Shown: positions 36,688 through 47,318, counted from the stretch's first letter. The stretch is DNA of 64,000 nt from Candidatus Melainabacteria bacterium 17Bon1m (GCA_032128875.1 JAVLKG010000013.1:45610-109609), one strand, 5' to 3'. Program-made: numbers and translations. Notes: generated from the letters alone by a model not told the origin.

Positions 36688-37338
36688 CTAACCCCGCCGG
36701 AAGACGAAGAGAGAGTCCTTCACGAACGGTGCGGGCCAGCGCGGAATGTTAACGCGCTTTTCCACGGCCCAATCGCGCCGAATCAGCTCTTCGAATTCCT
36801 CGTCGCCGCAGCAGCCACCTGGTTCTTCTCCGACGTAGAGAAGGCGCTCGCCCTTATAGAGCTTCACGCAGTCGGCAGCCATAGAAGAGAAGGGAGGCGG
36901 CCAGCAGAGGAAGAGCCTTCGTTCCAGTGCTGCGTCCGTTGAAAGGATCTCAGGCCCGGCAGCGAAGATGTGCGTCCACGCTGTTGTGCCCTCGTCGCGG
37001 TGAGAGCCTGGCTCGCCCGAAGCAAGCGGGTCGCACGCCAGAATGTCCACGCCCATCTTGCGCAGCAGCCACGCCCAGTAAGCGTTGCCGCATCCCAGCT
37101 CGATGAGCGAGCCGTGACGAGCAAGCTCCTGAAGCGCAGAGATGTTGGGAATCGCCCAGGCGAAGCGCTGCACAGCCTTCGTGCGCTCCTGCTCCAGCCG
37201 CCAGTGAGCGGTGGCAATGTCTCGCCACTCCCACTCCTCGAACTCGCGGTCGACGTGCAACGACGGGAGCTGGTCGAGGTAGAGAAGATGCGCCAAAGAG
37301 AGGAAGAAGCGCAGGTACGGGTTGTCGACTTCCTTCAA
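36688..37338 (-). CDS. Class I SAM-dependent methyltransferase-like protein
   Basis: FAWAIP, IELGCGNAYWA.LL...GVDI.A.D, LFLCWPP and YVGE..GG motifs; TTG 37338 follows AAGGAGGT. Confidence 0.72.
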   Translation of the reverse strand: MKEVDNPYLRFFLSLAHLLYLDQLPSLHVDREFEEWEWRDIATAHWRLEQERTKAVQRFAWAIPNISALQELARHGSLIELGCGNAYWAWLLRKMGVDILACDPLASGEPGSHRDEGTTAWTHIFAAGPEILSTDAALERRLFLCWPPPFSSMAADCVKLYKGERLLYVGEEPGGCCGDEEFEELIRRDWAVEKRVNIPRWPAPFVKDSLFVFRRG

Positions 37339-37494
37339 GAGACCTCCTTGGTGGTGTTTTTCTGTGCGAAGAAACACCGATGCTCAGACGTTCATCAGCG
37401 AGGATGAAACAGCGGGCGCAAAGGCTTGGTAATACTGTGTGCTGTTGTTCTGAGCGCAGTTGATGGAGAAGTGAAAGAGAGAAGAGATAAGTTC

Positions 37495-37524
37495 AACGTA
37501 CCTGTCGTTTTCCGGCAGAGTCAA
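37495..37524 (-). promoter_or_regulatory. Putative sigma70-type promoter TTGACT-18-TACGTT
   Basis: Minus strand reads ttgactctgccggaaaacgacaggtacgttgaac, then a C/T-rich leader; about 160 nt upstream of 37338. Confidence 0.55.
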
Positions 37525-37707
37525 TCAAGTTCGATTCGCTTTTAGGATTAAATGAACTGGTTTGTGCGCGCGAATTGCGCATCGCACACCAGTTTTAACC
37601 GTTAAACAAAATACCACTATACTGTATAAAAGAAAGATCGCAAAAAGCAATGCCGCCGGAGATTGGCTTGTGGCCAAACCCGACGACACTGCTGTTAGGA
37701 ATTTGGC

Positions 37708-38493
37708 TTAGAACCTGCCGACTTCCTTCTGGGTGCGCACGTTGTAGAGCATGGCGCCGCCACCGATGGTGCAGGCGTTGCTCTCCCAGGCGGCGCCGTC
37801 ATCTGCAGCTTCCGCGTAGGTCTGATACGGTCCTTCGGGCACCTGGGTGCCGTCGCCGCCTTCGAAGCGGTATGAGGAGCCATGTCCGCTGTACTTCACG
37901 ACCCACTCGCGACGCAAGCGGTCGTACTCGCCGGTGAGGGAGACAGCCAGTTCGAGCTTGCCGGCGGCGCCAGCGTAGTGCTCTTCCGGGTGCATTCCGT
38001 AGCCGGACGCCTTGTACATCTCGCGGTCCACCTTGTAGGCGGAGTGCAAGAGCATCTCGGCGAAAACCACGTTGCAGCGAGCCGCGTCGACCTGAAGGCG
38101 GAGCTTGGGATCGCTGTTGGCGTCGATGGCAGTGCGCAGCGCGTTGACCGCGTTGATGAGCTCGGTGCGAGCGGCGGCGATGGCACTGATGGTGCCGAGC
38201 CAGCGAAGCTTGCAGCCGTAGAGGGTGACGCGCCGCTGTTCACGCTCGAGTTTCTTTTCCTCGATCGTGCGGAGCAGCTGGTGGTACTCCCAGTCCTTCA
38301 TCTTCCAACGGTCTTCGTTGGATGGCGTGGCGGGAATGAAGTCGGCGCCCTCGCAGAGGTTGCCGTTGGCGTCCTTGTACAGCGCGTGAGCTGCTTGGAC
38401 TTCGGAAACGGCCACCTCGAGGGCGGCGTAGGCGACAGCAACCGCAGCCGTTTCGGCGATGTGCGGGGTCGCGATGATTGAATGCTTGTTCAC
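37708..38493 (-). CDS. Hypothetical protein (helical/coiled-coil)
   Basis: Strong GC3 codon bias; GAGGA RBS before GTG 38493. Confidence 0.7.
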   Translation of the reverse strand: MNKHSIIATPHIAETAAVAVAYAALEVAVSEVQAAHALYKDANGNLCEGADFIPATPSNEDRWKMKDWEYHQLLRTIEEKKLEREQRRVTLYGCKLRWLGTISAIAAARTELINAVNALRTAIDANSDPKLRLQVDAARCNVVFAEMLLHSAYKVDREMYKASGYGMHPEEHYAGAAGKLELAVSLTGEYDRLRREWVVKYSGHGSSYRFEGGDGTQVPEGPYQTYAEAADDGAAWESNACTIGGGAMLYNVRTQKEVGRF

Positions 38494-38707
38494 TTTCTTT
38501 TCCTCTTGCCTGAGTTTGAGTACATTGCAAGCGCGCCATACAGGCATGCGCACTCGCAACAGCCCCCGCGGACAAGCCACGCGATGAGGATCGCGCAGCC
38601 ATAAAGTAACGGGGACAGGGTGGATGTGGATGGTTTCGATGACGCCGAGCCCGAGCGGATTCGCTTTCGCGAGTGTCCGCCAGGCTCAGCCGCGTTTCAC
38701 AGAAGAA

Positions 38708-39475
38708 TTACTTCTGCGACTCGACGTACTTCTGGTACAGCGTGTAGGCGACGACGGTCTTCATGTCGTCCACCTTCCAGAGCGAATCCAGCTCGACGAT
38801 CTTGAGGACGATGGATTCGCCCTCTTCGATGAGGCCGGTGCACTTGCCCTCGTAGGAGGCGAGCTCCTCCTCGGTGACGTCCTTCTCGTAGGCGAACAGG
38901 CGCAGCGTCTCGTCCGTGCCGCCGGGCGACACGAACGCGCCACCCGAGTAGCTGGCGAAGGAGGACAGGTCGATGAGGTCGGCTTCCGCGATGGTCACGC
39001 CCAGCTCTTCCTTGAGCTCCTTGGCGGCGACACCACCGAAGTTGCCCGAACCGTCGAGCATGCCCGCGGGAATCTCTTCGAAGTCGAAGCGCCCGGTGGC
39101 GACGCGCGGCTGGACGGTGAGGATGGTGTACTTCTTGCCGTTGCAGTTGAGCACGGGCAGCATGCCGACGGCGCCGCCGCGCATGAAGACGATGCCCGGG
39201 ATGAACTTGTCGTTGGCATCGGTGACTTCGGCGACGAACTTGATGAAGCCGACGATCTTCTGCGGGCCGAACAAGTCGACGGACTGGAACTTGACGCTCT
39301 TCACGACGTAGCGTTCACCGACCGAAGCGAGCCAGTTCTGGAACGGCTTCGAGGCGACAGCCTTGTCGAGAACATCCTTCGGAACGACGTTGATGGGAGT
39401 CTTGTCCGCGCGGTCGTCATCGGGGATAACGGTGGCGGAGGCGATGACGATTTTGGCGATGGCGTTCTTGTCCAT
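38708..39475 (-). CDS. NUDIX hydrolase (ADP-sugar/UDP-sugar pyrophosphatase, NUDT14-like)
   Basis: Nudix box EIPAGMLD...GVAAKELKEELG; Q.VD.FG..GF.K, PG.VF.RG.AV, SPGG.DE and E.E.I.L motifs. Confidence 0.92.
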   Translation of the reverse strand: MDKNAIAKIVIASATVIPDDDRADKTPINVVPKDVLDKAVASKPFQNWLASVGERYVVKSVKFQSVDLFGPQKIVGFIKFVAEVTDANDKFIPGIVFMRGGAVGMLPVLNCNGKKYTILTVQPRVATGRFDFEEIPAGMLDGSGNFGGVAAKELKEELGVTIAEADLIDLSSFASYSGGAFVSPGGTDETLRLFAYEKDVTEEELASYEGKCTGLIEEGESIVLKIVELDSLWKVDDMKTVVAYTLYQKYVESQK

Positions 39476-39712
39476 ATTGTGTGTCCCTTTCGGAATCTAG
39501 GTCACTTGCTGAACTAGCGACGAATGCGCAGCGTGATGACATCACACGGCGAATGCGGCGCGGAATTGCAACTCTCAGGTCTCAATCGGCGACTTCGCGA
39601 AGCGGCTGACCATTGCTTGCTGGTGCAAGAAGGTTTGTTTCCCGGATGTGGGTGATGGTAGCGCTTCGAGTAGGTTTGTTGCCGAAAAGAAAATGGAGTT
39701 ACGTAGGTCTTC

Positions 39713-39741
39713 AACTTGGCAAAAACACTCAAAAGGGTCAA
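39713..39741 (-). promoter_or_regulatory. Putative sigma70-type promoter TTGACC-17-CAAGTT
   Basis: Minus strand reads ttgacccttttgagtgtttttgccaagttgaa; about 235 nt upstream of the NUDIX start; same GTTGAA context as the promoters at 37500 and 46080. Confidence 0.4.
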
Positions 39742-39920
39742 TTAAGCCCTGATCATAGAAACGTTCCGCTAACGTACTAATAAACTAACATTGCTTGTTC
39801 ATGATCAATGAAACGTAATAGCTGTCAGGTTTTGTCGCCTGAGTGAAACTTGTATGTGCGCGGTCTAATTTGTTTTGTCTCGGTAGCGCCGCTTGTAAAG
39901 GGGTGATGCGTCAGCTCTCG

Positions 39921-39980
39921 AAAGCTCGCGTAATACCTCGCACAAAACCTCGCACAAAACCTTGCGTGAAACCTCGCACA
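39921..39980 (+). repeat. 5 x 12-bp imperfect tandem repeat (aaacctcgcaca)
   Basis: aaagctcgcgta / atacctcgcaca / aaacctcgcaca / aaaccttgcgtg / aaacctcgcaca. Confidence 0.8.
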
Positions 39981-40056
39981 AGAGACCCCGCAGATGTGGG
40001 ATGGTTTGAGGTCTGCAAGAGGATATACTGTTGCGCCTCAGCACTAGGAGCAATTT

Positions 40057-41046
40057 ATGAGCGAGTCTAAAGTCAAGGTCAGCCCTGGAATTGAAGCGAC
40101 GACCAGAGAGTTTCTCAACAAGATAAACGCGTCCACGGGACCTGCCTTGTATGAGTTAACACCTGAGGAAGCCCGGAAAGTTTTCGATGGACTTCAGGGT
40201 GACAAGATCGCCAAATTGCCCGCACAAATCGAAGAAAGAAAAATCCCCGGTGGCCCCAAGGGCGACGTGAATATTCGCATCGTCAGACCTGAAGGAGCGA
40301 AGGAAACACTGCCTGTCATAATTTACATCCACGGAGCGGGCTGGGTCTTGGGCGGCTGGCAGTCGCATGATCGTCTGGTTTTGGAACTCGCGAACAAAGC
40401 GCATGCCGCGGTTGTTTTCGTTGACTTTTCGTTGTCGCCTGAAAACAAATATCCCGTCGCAGTTGAAGAAGCGTATGCCGCAGCAAAATGGGTTGCTGAA
40501 AACGCCAAAGAAATCAACGTTGATGCTAGCAGAATGGCTGTTTCTGGAGACAGTGTCGGCGGCAACATGTCCATCGCTTTGACGATGATGTGCAAAGAGA
40601 AAAGCGGGCCGAAGCTGGCTTTCCAATGCTTGTTCTATCCAGTAACAGACGCGAATTTCGATAACGGTTCGTACAAGCAATTTGGCGAACATCACTTCCT
40701 GACTCGCGAAGCGATGAAATGGTTCTGGAATGCCTACGCCGATGAATCGAAAAGAAACGATCCCAAAGTTTGCCCCCTGAAAGCAACCGCTGAGCAGCTG
40801 AAAGGTTTGCCGCCGGCAATTATCTTCACCGCCGAAAATGATGTTCTTCGCGATGAAGGCGAGCAATACGCTCACAATCTTACGGAAGCCGGCGTACACG
40901 TGACTGCTGTTCGTTGCCTCGGCACCATACACGACTTTGTGATGTTGCACGCTTTGGCCGAAACACCCGCAGCCAAGTTCGCAACGGAGTCTGGTGCAGC
41001 AGCTCTCAAAGCCGCTCTTCATCGAGAAGTTGCATTGAAAAAATAA
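40057..41046 (+). CDS. Alpha/beta hydrolase, HSL-family esterase/lipase
   Basis: HGAGW oxyanion motif, GDSVGG nucleophile elbow, DVLRDEG and HDF. Confidence 0.95.
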   Translation: MSESKVKVSPGIEATTREFLNKINASTGPALYELTPEEARKVFDGLQGDKIAKLPAQIEERKIPGGPKGDVNIRIVRPEGAKETLPVIIYIHGAGWVLGGWQSHDRLVLELANKAHAAVVFVDFSLSPENKYPVAVEEAYAAAKWVAENAKEINVDASRMAVSGDSVGGNMSIALTMMCKEKSGPKLAFQCLFYPVTDANFDNGSYKQFGEHHFLTREAMKWFWNAYADESKRNDPKVCPLKATAEQLKGLPPAIIFTAENDVLRDEGEQYAHNLTEAGVHVTAVRCLGTIHDFVMLHALAETPAAKFATESGAAALKAALHREVALKK

Positions 41047-41408
41047 TGGCGGCTCGCCAGCATTTTTGTTCGCAGTATAGGCGGCGTTAGTGCCGCCCGC
41101 CGACATTTTTAACTGCGTTTTCTCGATGCAGGCAAGCTTTTGTAAAGGACGCTAACTTTCGTTAGTCGAAAAGAACGCTCGCCGCATTACCTCGAGTTGT
41201 TGTCTGCGCGCAGTATTTATTTGCGTCTCAGCTAAGTACTGCGAGAGAGTAAGTCATTCGCTTCATTCACTCTCTGGTTCGGCAAAACTCGTCATTCACG
41301 ATTGCACCTTTACTGCAGCGCTTACGCGACCGTTTTAGGTCGTCTGGAATGTTGCCGTCCTTGAAAGTGAATGCGCAGGCGAATCAACCTAGTAGAAAGG
41401 AGAGGGAC

Positions 41409-41729
41409 ATGGGTTTTCTCTTGCTTGCCTCAATTGGTCTTTTGCTCGGGGTTGAGTTGTACAGGTTTTTCAAAGTGTATTTCTGGCAGCTCGAAATGGA
41501 TGTGAGAGAAAGGGCGCTGTTCGCCGCCCGCAAGAGGCACGGACAGCTCGCGCGAAATATCGGCAAGCCCGAACATCCCGAAATCACAGAGGAAGACGTG
41601 GAACATGCTCTTAACGCGGAGTTGGCGGCAAAGTCTGCTTCGCAAGAGGCTTGGCGCAGGCGCCCATTCTGGAACGTTCGTCCGCGGCATTTCTTAGTGG
41701 CGGAAGCGTGTCTGAAGCGGCGTGGATAG
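41409..41729 (+). CDS. Hypothetical TM-anchored helical protein
   Basis: AGGAG RBS; N-terminal TM; C-terminal RPxH motif shared with the next gene. Confidence 0.65.
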   Translation: MGFLLLASIGLLLGVELYRFFKVYFWQLEMDVRERALFAARKRHGQLARNIGKPEHPEITEEDVEHALNAELAAKSASQEAWRRRPFWNVRPRHFLVAEACLKRRG

Positions 41730-41789
41730 CCGCAACGGAGATGCGGACTTGACTTGGTTCAACAAATTTTTCGAAAAGGAGACAGCGTT

Positions 41790-42242
41790 ATGTCGATGGT
41801 ACTCGTAGTCTCGGCCACTGCCTTGGTTGGTCTCTCGGTGCTGCTCACCTGGCCTCGCTGCAAGCGCGTGCTGCTTTGGATTTCATACTGTCAGCAGTAT
41901 CAGCGACGACTCGACGCTGCCCAGCAGGAGTCGAATCGCTTGCGCGAATGCTACAACGGAGCGGCGCAGGAGTTGGAAGAGGCAGAAGCGCGTTATGAGC
42001 ACAGCCAGGGAGTTGTTGCCGAGATGGCACTTTCGCGCCTGCGCTTTTCCGTCAACACCTGGCGGAGTCGCTTGCAGGCTGCGCTTCAGGAAGAGCGCGA
42101 AGCCGAGTCGCATATGCGCGACATTCTCAAGGCCGCACCTAAGGGCGGCTGGCGCCCCAGTCATCGCCGCTCTGCACAGCGAATGGTCGCAGGTGTGGCG
42201 CAACCTGCCCCGCGCCGCATTCATTACGCCGACTTGGCGTAA
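41790..42242 (+). CDS. Hypothetical TM-anchored coiled-coil protein
   Basis: AAGGAG RBS; N-terminal TM; paralog of 41409-41729. Confidence 0.65.
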   Translation: MSMVLVVSATALVGLSVLLTWPRCKRVLLWISYCQQYQRRLDAAQQESNRLRECYNGAAQELEEAEARYEHSQGVVAEMALSRLRFSVNTWRSRLQAALQEEREAESHMRDILKAAPKGGWRPSHRRSAQRMVAGVAQPAPRRIHYADLA

Positions 42243-42505
42243 TGCGCTTTTCTTGCACCAATCTGGTGCGTAGTTCTTTCTGTTGACGCTGGCGGCTTCT
42301 GCTGCAACTAAGCTGCAGAGCGCGACAACGATGGTGTCAGACTACCTGGCACCATCGTGATTTCACATTTTTCAACGAAAAACTACGGCATACAGTAGTA
42401 AAAGCGCCAAAAAACAACGACCCCGAAATCGGCTGAACAACGGCGTTTGCCGCAGTCAGTCTCATCCGGAGTCGTTGTGCTCACTAGTGAGCGCAGAGGG
42501 TAGTG

Positions 42506-43531
42506 TCATCCACTGGTCCCCCTCTCGCTGCATGCATGCTCGCCGATGAAAGCGAAGTATGCCGCCGACAGCTCTTCGATGAGCTCGCCGCTGACTGCCT
42601 TGAAGTTAATCGCTGCTGCGTCCTTGTGACCGCCTGCGCTCCCGTACTTGTGGAAGCCAGCGACCAGGTCACGCAGGTCGACGTGTGGGTCGACTGTGGT
42701 CAGCGAGACGTATCCGTCCTTTCGCACTGTGGCAATGTGCCTGTAGAAATAACCCAGCTCACCCATCACACCGCGATGGATTTCCGGATTATCCGTGTCA
42801 AGCACGACGAACACTGCTTCTTCGTTGTCAGACTCGCGAACATCGGCTGCCTTGAGGGCATCCAGGATGTGAGGGTCTTTCCGCGTGCGCAGCTTCCGCT
42901 GATAGTCCTCGAACAGTTCATCGGACAAGCCGTGACGCGTCAGCTCGGCGAGAGCCCTTGCTGCGCGCGACGGCTCGTGATGTCTGAGCCAGAACGTATC
43001 GGTGAGGATACTGACGACGAGAATCGGCTCGTAAATCCTGAACCGTTCGATAAGCAAACAGCCGGCAGCAGGAGCGGGTTGGATGAACCCTTCCTCGTCA
43101 TCCTGCCTGACGTCCGGTTTCACGTGATGGTCGATGGTGTAGACCTTGACCCCACGAGTGTCGAAACCGATGCGGTTTGCTTGTCCATCCACGACGATGA
43201 TTTCGTCGGGACGCCACTGAGCGAGAAGCGCATCGTAGGCGCCTTGCAGGTCGCCTGTGACGAACTGTCCGCCAGTGAATTGCAGCGCAGAAGCATGGAA
43301 GTCCTCGCTCTGAAGAATCCATGCAATCTGGCTGTACATGGTGATGGTGGGTAGCGTGAAGGCTTCCAACCCCTGCTTGCGCAGATGCTGGATGAGCGCC
43401 TTTGTGCACGCTACCGAGTCACCATCGACCGGCTGAGACGGACCGACCACCAGAGTGCGTTTGGACCAATTACGTCCATGCCGCAGCCCGGAGGTCAGGT
43501 TCCGCAACCACGTGAGGGCTTGCGCGAACAT
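42506..43531 (-). CDS. DHH-family phosphoesterase (NrnA-like)
   Basis: VDGDSV, VVDG, IDHH, ILTDT and GGH..AA motifs; AGGAGG RBS. Confidence 0.85.
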   Translation of the reverse strand: MFAQALTWLRNLTSGLRHGRNWSKRTLVVGPSQPVDGDSVACTKALIQHLRKQGLEAFTLPTITMYSQIAWILQSEDFHASALQFTGGQFVTGDLQGAYDALLAQWRPDEIIVVDGQANRIGFDTRGVKVYTIDHHVKPDVRQDDEEGFIQPAPAAGCLLIERFRIYEPILVVSILTDTFWLRHHEPSRAARALAELTRHGLSDELFEDYQRKLRTRKDPHILDALKAADVRESDNEEAVFVVLDTDNPEIHRGVMGELGYFYRHIATVRKDGYVSLTTVDPHVDLRDLVAGFHKYGSAGGHKDAAAINFKAVSGELIEELSAAYFAFIGEHACSERGTSG

Positions 43532-43565
43532 ATAGCCTCCTTTCGGCTATGGCGGCTGGAAGATG

Positions 43566-43817
43566 TTAGTCCCAGTCGCGGTTTTTGATTGCCTGGCGGC
43601 CGTCGGCGCGGTCCTTGCGGTTGCTCTTGCGCTTGCGCTCGGACTTGACGCCACCGTGAACGCCGGAGCCCGACCGCGGGTTGATGCCCGAGTCGATTTC
43701 TTCCTGCCGGCGATTGGCGCGGTCCATCGTCCTCAGCTGTTCGCGAGTGATGGTGCCGCAGTGGAGCGGGTCTTTCTTCTGTTTCCCGCGCGTGTCATAA
43801 CTTCGTTGCTTAGCCAT
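43566..43817 (-). CDS. Small basic hypothetical protein
   Basis: 83 aa, Arg/Lys-rich, GSGVHGG; GAGGAG RBS. Confidence 0.7.
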   Translation of the reverse strand: MAKQRSYDTRGKQKKDPLHCGTITREQLRTMDRANRRQEEIDSGINPRSGSGVHGGVKSERKRKSNRKDRADGRQAIKNRDWD

Positions 43818-43894
43818 AATCTCCTCTCATCGAGTTTTTAGTTAGTTACACATCGAAGCTGGCGGTACGCTTTCTAGCGTCGCGTCACTTCTCT

Positions 43895-44155
43895 TCAGTT
43901 GAGCTTGCCGACGTCGACCATCGCGACGGAGAGCAGGCGATACTGGTACTGTCCGCCGCCCAGGTGGGTGCGTTCGTACACAGAAGCCATGCGCTTGGTC
44001 GGGTGGTTGCGCAGCAGCAGCTGTTCGTAGACCGGCTCGTACTGCACAGCGAAATCGGTGGTGACACCTTCGCCGTCGCCGAACAGAACTGCGAACTCTT
44101 CAGGCATGTCGAGATTGAGGTCCCGCTTTGCCTTGCTTGCAGATTGAGTGTGCAT
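43895..44155 (-). CDS. Small hypothetical protein
   Basis: AGGAG RBS; GC3-rich codons. Confidence 0.6.
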   Translation of the reverse strand: MHTQSASKAKRDLNLDMPEEFAVLFGDGEGVTTDFAVQYEPVYEQLLLRNHPTKRMASVYERTHLGGGQYQYRLLSVAMVDVGKLN

Positions 44156-44374
44156 GACACTTCTCCTGATGACGAGTTACAGCGAGGAAGCACGGGATTG
44201 CGCTTCCAACCTGCGTTCGTCCGTTGTGCGAAAGCCGCCAGAGGCGAGCTTGCACCGACAGTCCCGGACTCCATGAAGGAGGGTCAGAAAGCGTGAGCCT
44301 TCCGCCCTCCTTCACGTCGACGTCCGTGGTGGACCGCACGATGCCAACTGCACTTTTGACAGCATCTCGCGAGG

Positions 44375-45349
44375 TTACGCCCGGAAGAGGCGCTCCTGCT
44401 TCACTTCCAGGTAGTCAGCCTGGTTGTAGAAGCCGAGGTGGTCGAGCGCGTTGCCGAACGAGCCCTGACCCAGCATCGGCGGCGCCGATACCAGCGGCTT
44501 CGAAGGCGCAGCGGTAGCACCGTGACCGTCGAACTCGTCGGTCTCCGGCTTCAGCACTCCCGTGATGTACTCGAGGTACTCCGCCGGCAGGTGGCTGATG
44601 GCGTGGTACGGGGTGTAGAAGAAGCCCCGCAGCCCGGCAGTCAGACCAAGAACACCGTCCTTGGGGAGACTGTCGCCGACGTGGATGACCTGACCGGGAT
44701 GCACCGAGAAGTCCTTCATCGCCAGCTCGATGCCGCGCGGGTCGGGTTTCTCGTGATCGATCGGCAGCTCACGCACGACCTTGACGCCGTGGTCCTTGTA
44801 CTTCCGGTTGAGCGTAGCGATACGGCGAGTGCCGAAGCGCAGCCACTCCTCGCTGGGGACCAGCGTCAGGTCGGGAGCCTTGCACTCGAGAGCGTAGACG
44901 CCCTGGAAGTACTTGGCCAGACCGGACGACGCCAGACGAGCGATGCACATGAACATCGGCGCATCGGAAACCACAACCGCCGGGATCGCCAGCTTCTGCA
45001 GTTCCGTCAGAGCCTTCTCCACACCGTTGTACGGCTTGACGTACTTGATGCGGTACTTGTCCTGTGCATCCCAGAAGGGCTTCTCGATGAGGCGGACGAA
45101 GTCCTTCACCGAGCCCTTCCAGTACTGGTGGAACGCCAGCGCCACCGCCCACGGGTAGTCGTGAGTGGCGAAGCGAGCGAAGACGGTGCCGAGCTTGCGC
45201 CCTGCAACTTCCTCGCTGATGCCGAGGCGCTTGGCGATCTTGGGGAGCTGTTCACGCCAGGCCGGAACGGCACCAGCGAAGTAGCCGACCATCGTGTGGT
45301 CGTTGTCGGTTGCGAAGAGACGCACTTGCGTCGGGATTTTCTGTTTCAT
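44375..45349 (-). CDS. HAD-family hydrolase
   Basis: Motif I TDNDHT, VVSDAP, EKPDP.G and HVGDSL.KD. Confidence 0.82.
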   Translation of the reverse strand: MKQKIPTQVRLFATDNDHTMVGYFAGAVPAWREQLPKIAKRLGISEEVAGRKLGTVFARFATHDYPWAVALAFHQYWKGSVKDFVRLIEKPFWDAQDKYRIKYVKPYNGVEKALTELQKLAIPAVVVSDAPMFMCIARLASSGLAKYFQGVYALECKAPDLTLVPSEEWLRFGTRRIATLNRKYKDHGVKVVRELPIDHEKPDPRGIELAMKDFSVHPGQVIHVGDSLPKDGVLGLTAGLRGFFYTPYHAISHLPAEYLEYITGVLKPETDEFDGHGATAAPSKPLVSAPPMLGQGSFGNALDHLGFYNQADYLEVKQERLFRA

Positions 45350-45464
45350 GCGTAGTTCCTTTTGGTTACCAGATGTTCTTGATAGTTGAACTGCGCACAG
45401 CTGGCTTGTCGGAGCGGACGTGCTCCAACAAACACCAGAGGTGCCGCCGTTGCGAGAAAGGCGT

Positions 45465-45848
45465 TCAGAAACCGCCGATGGCAGCTTGAACGGCCTGGAT
45501 CACGTCGGTGGATGTGCGAACATCCCGACATTGCCCGAACTGGAAGGAGCGACCTTCCGCAGAACTCGCCCAGAGAGAAGCCGGACCGTCGACGACCAAT
45601 GCCAGACCACCGTGTTTGGTGGTAGCAGCGAGGCCGTTGATGTCCTTCTGTGACTGACCGAGATAGCCGATGATGCGGCTTTTGCTGGAGACTTCCTCCA
45701 CTTGGGCGCCGCTGTCGACGGACGAGTCGACATTGACGACGGCGATGCCGAGCGTGGCGAGACTGGCTGCGAGAGCTGCCAATGTCGCACTCGGCAATTT
45801 GCCAATCGCATCGGGGGATGCGAAAAGCAGGTTGACGTTTTGTGCCAT
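45465..45848 (-). CDS. Hypothetical protein
   Basis: AGGAGGT RBS before ATG 45848; alpha/beta-like pattern. Confidence 0.6.
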   Translation of the reverse strand: MAQNVNLLFASPDAIGKLPSATLAALAASLATLGIAVVNVDSSVDSGAQVEEVSSKSRIIGYLGQSQKDINGLAATTKHGGLALVVDGPASLWASSAEGRSFQFGQCRDVRTSTDVIQAVQAAIGGF

Positions 45849-46074
45849 GGGTACCTCCTGTATCGGTTGGATGATTAAAAGTGCCGCGACCCGCACCGTG
45901 CTGGTCGTCAGCGATATAGCCATCTCCGTCCGAAACTTCCTCAAATCCCAACAAAACGAAAACCCGCTCTCTGACTGATCGCGCAGGCGATAAGTTGAGT
46001 AGCGGATTTACAGAGTTGAAGAGTTAAGAGGTGAAGGTTTCTAGACTTGATTGGTTTGGAAGAGATGTAGATTC

Positions 46075-46103
46075 AACCTACGCGTGTGCGTGTGCCCAAG
46101 CAA
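46075..46103 (-). promoter_or_regulatory. Putative sigma70-type promoter TTGCTT-17-TAGGTT
   Basis: Minus strand reads ttgcttgggcacacgcacacgcgtaggttgaa, then a C/T-rich leader; about 230 nt upstream of 45848. Confidence 0.55.
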
Positions 46104-47318
46104 GCGATGTAGAGACGCGTGAAAAACACTCAGCGCGTGCATGGTTGTCAAAGTCGGAAAAACGGGCGCGGGTGAAAACCGTTACGGGCTGTCAATATGT
46201 GCTCATTCTGCGAGATCAAAGACATCCCCAAATTCATTTTCGCTGACTATAGCTTCTAAGTGCTAAAACCACGGGCGCACGATTTGACGTATAGCTCAGT
46301 TTCGATAAGCACCTCGATTCCAGATCTTCTTCAAGAATAAGAGAGCTCGCTTTTCTGTTAAGCCTCTGCGCTAGTCGAGCGATTGGTTGCGAGTGAAGCT
46401 CTGAAACCTTTGTAGATCAAGGATTTAGCTCGAACGATCCGAAGTGATTTCGACGGTGTTAGGGCCGTTTTTAAATCCGAGTCGATTCAGATTTTGAACG
46501 GAAATTTTTCGAGGGCAGTCCAGATTTTTTTGAATTCGCTCGGGACAAAATTGCGAGCATATTCAAAAATGCTGCATGAAGAACTTGTGGTCTAGCCGGT
46601 TTTTGTTTGTTGTCGTAAGAAGCTGTTATGGAAAACGCTATTCAGCTGAGCGAAGACACAGTGTTGATGCTGGTCTGTGAAGGGTGCTGGAATCTGCGAT
46701 GAAAATTTTTGCCATGAGAGTTTCAAATCGGAAAAGGCATACACCATCTTTCCGTAAAAGCTTATTTGATTGTCCCGCCACAGCGTCGTTCCAGACTTAC
46801 TAACGTTTCTGCTTTGACAAAATGCCGCTTGGTGCAAGGGAGTATATGCAGAGCGCATAAATGATCAGTCGCAGAACCAATCGCTGTCGACTTATGCTCT
46901 CATAGCCCGCAACCCTTAAGCAATTTTCCATTGTCAGCTCATTGAAATCATGCCCGAGGCACATTGGATGAGCTTAATGTGCTGCTTTGCAAGCCAAAAC
47001 CCGCATAAATACTTGGTTGCCAAGTGCATTTAATTTCGACGTTACAGCTCTGCGAGCATTGGCTGAATCTCATCTCTGCTTTTGGCGCTGAACGACAAAA
47101 ATAGACCCATTCTTTGCTCTAGTGCGGGGTTGCCAAAGATTGCGCGACCCTTGTTGTCATTGGGCGAATTGTTAAGCCCGGCTCATCTTGTTTTTCTGTC
47201 GTAAGCCTTTCGTAGACCGGCTTTGGGTGCATATTTGCCGCATATTCTACGCGAGCTGGCGCAATATGTTAAGCCAATCTAACTCTCCACATTTAATCGC
47301 ACCCTCTGAATTCTAGTG

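Noticed and set aside
46031-46858. Small ORFs in the long gaps (46031-46246, 46592-46858; also 9108-9457, 12406-12874)
   Set aside because: No RBS, no codon bias and no recognisable protein features.
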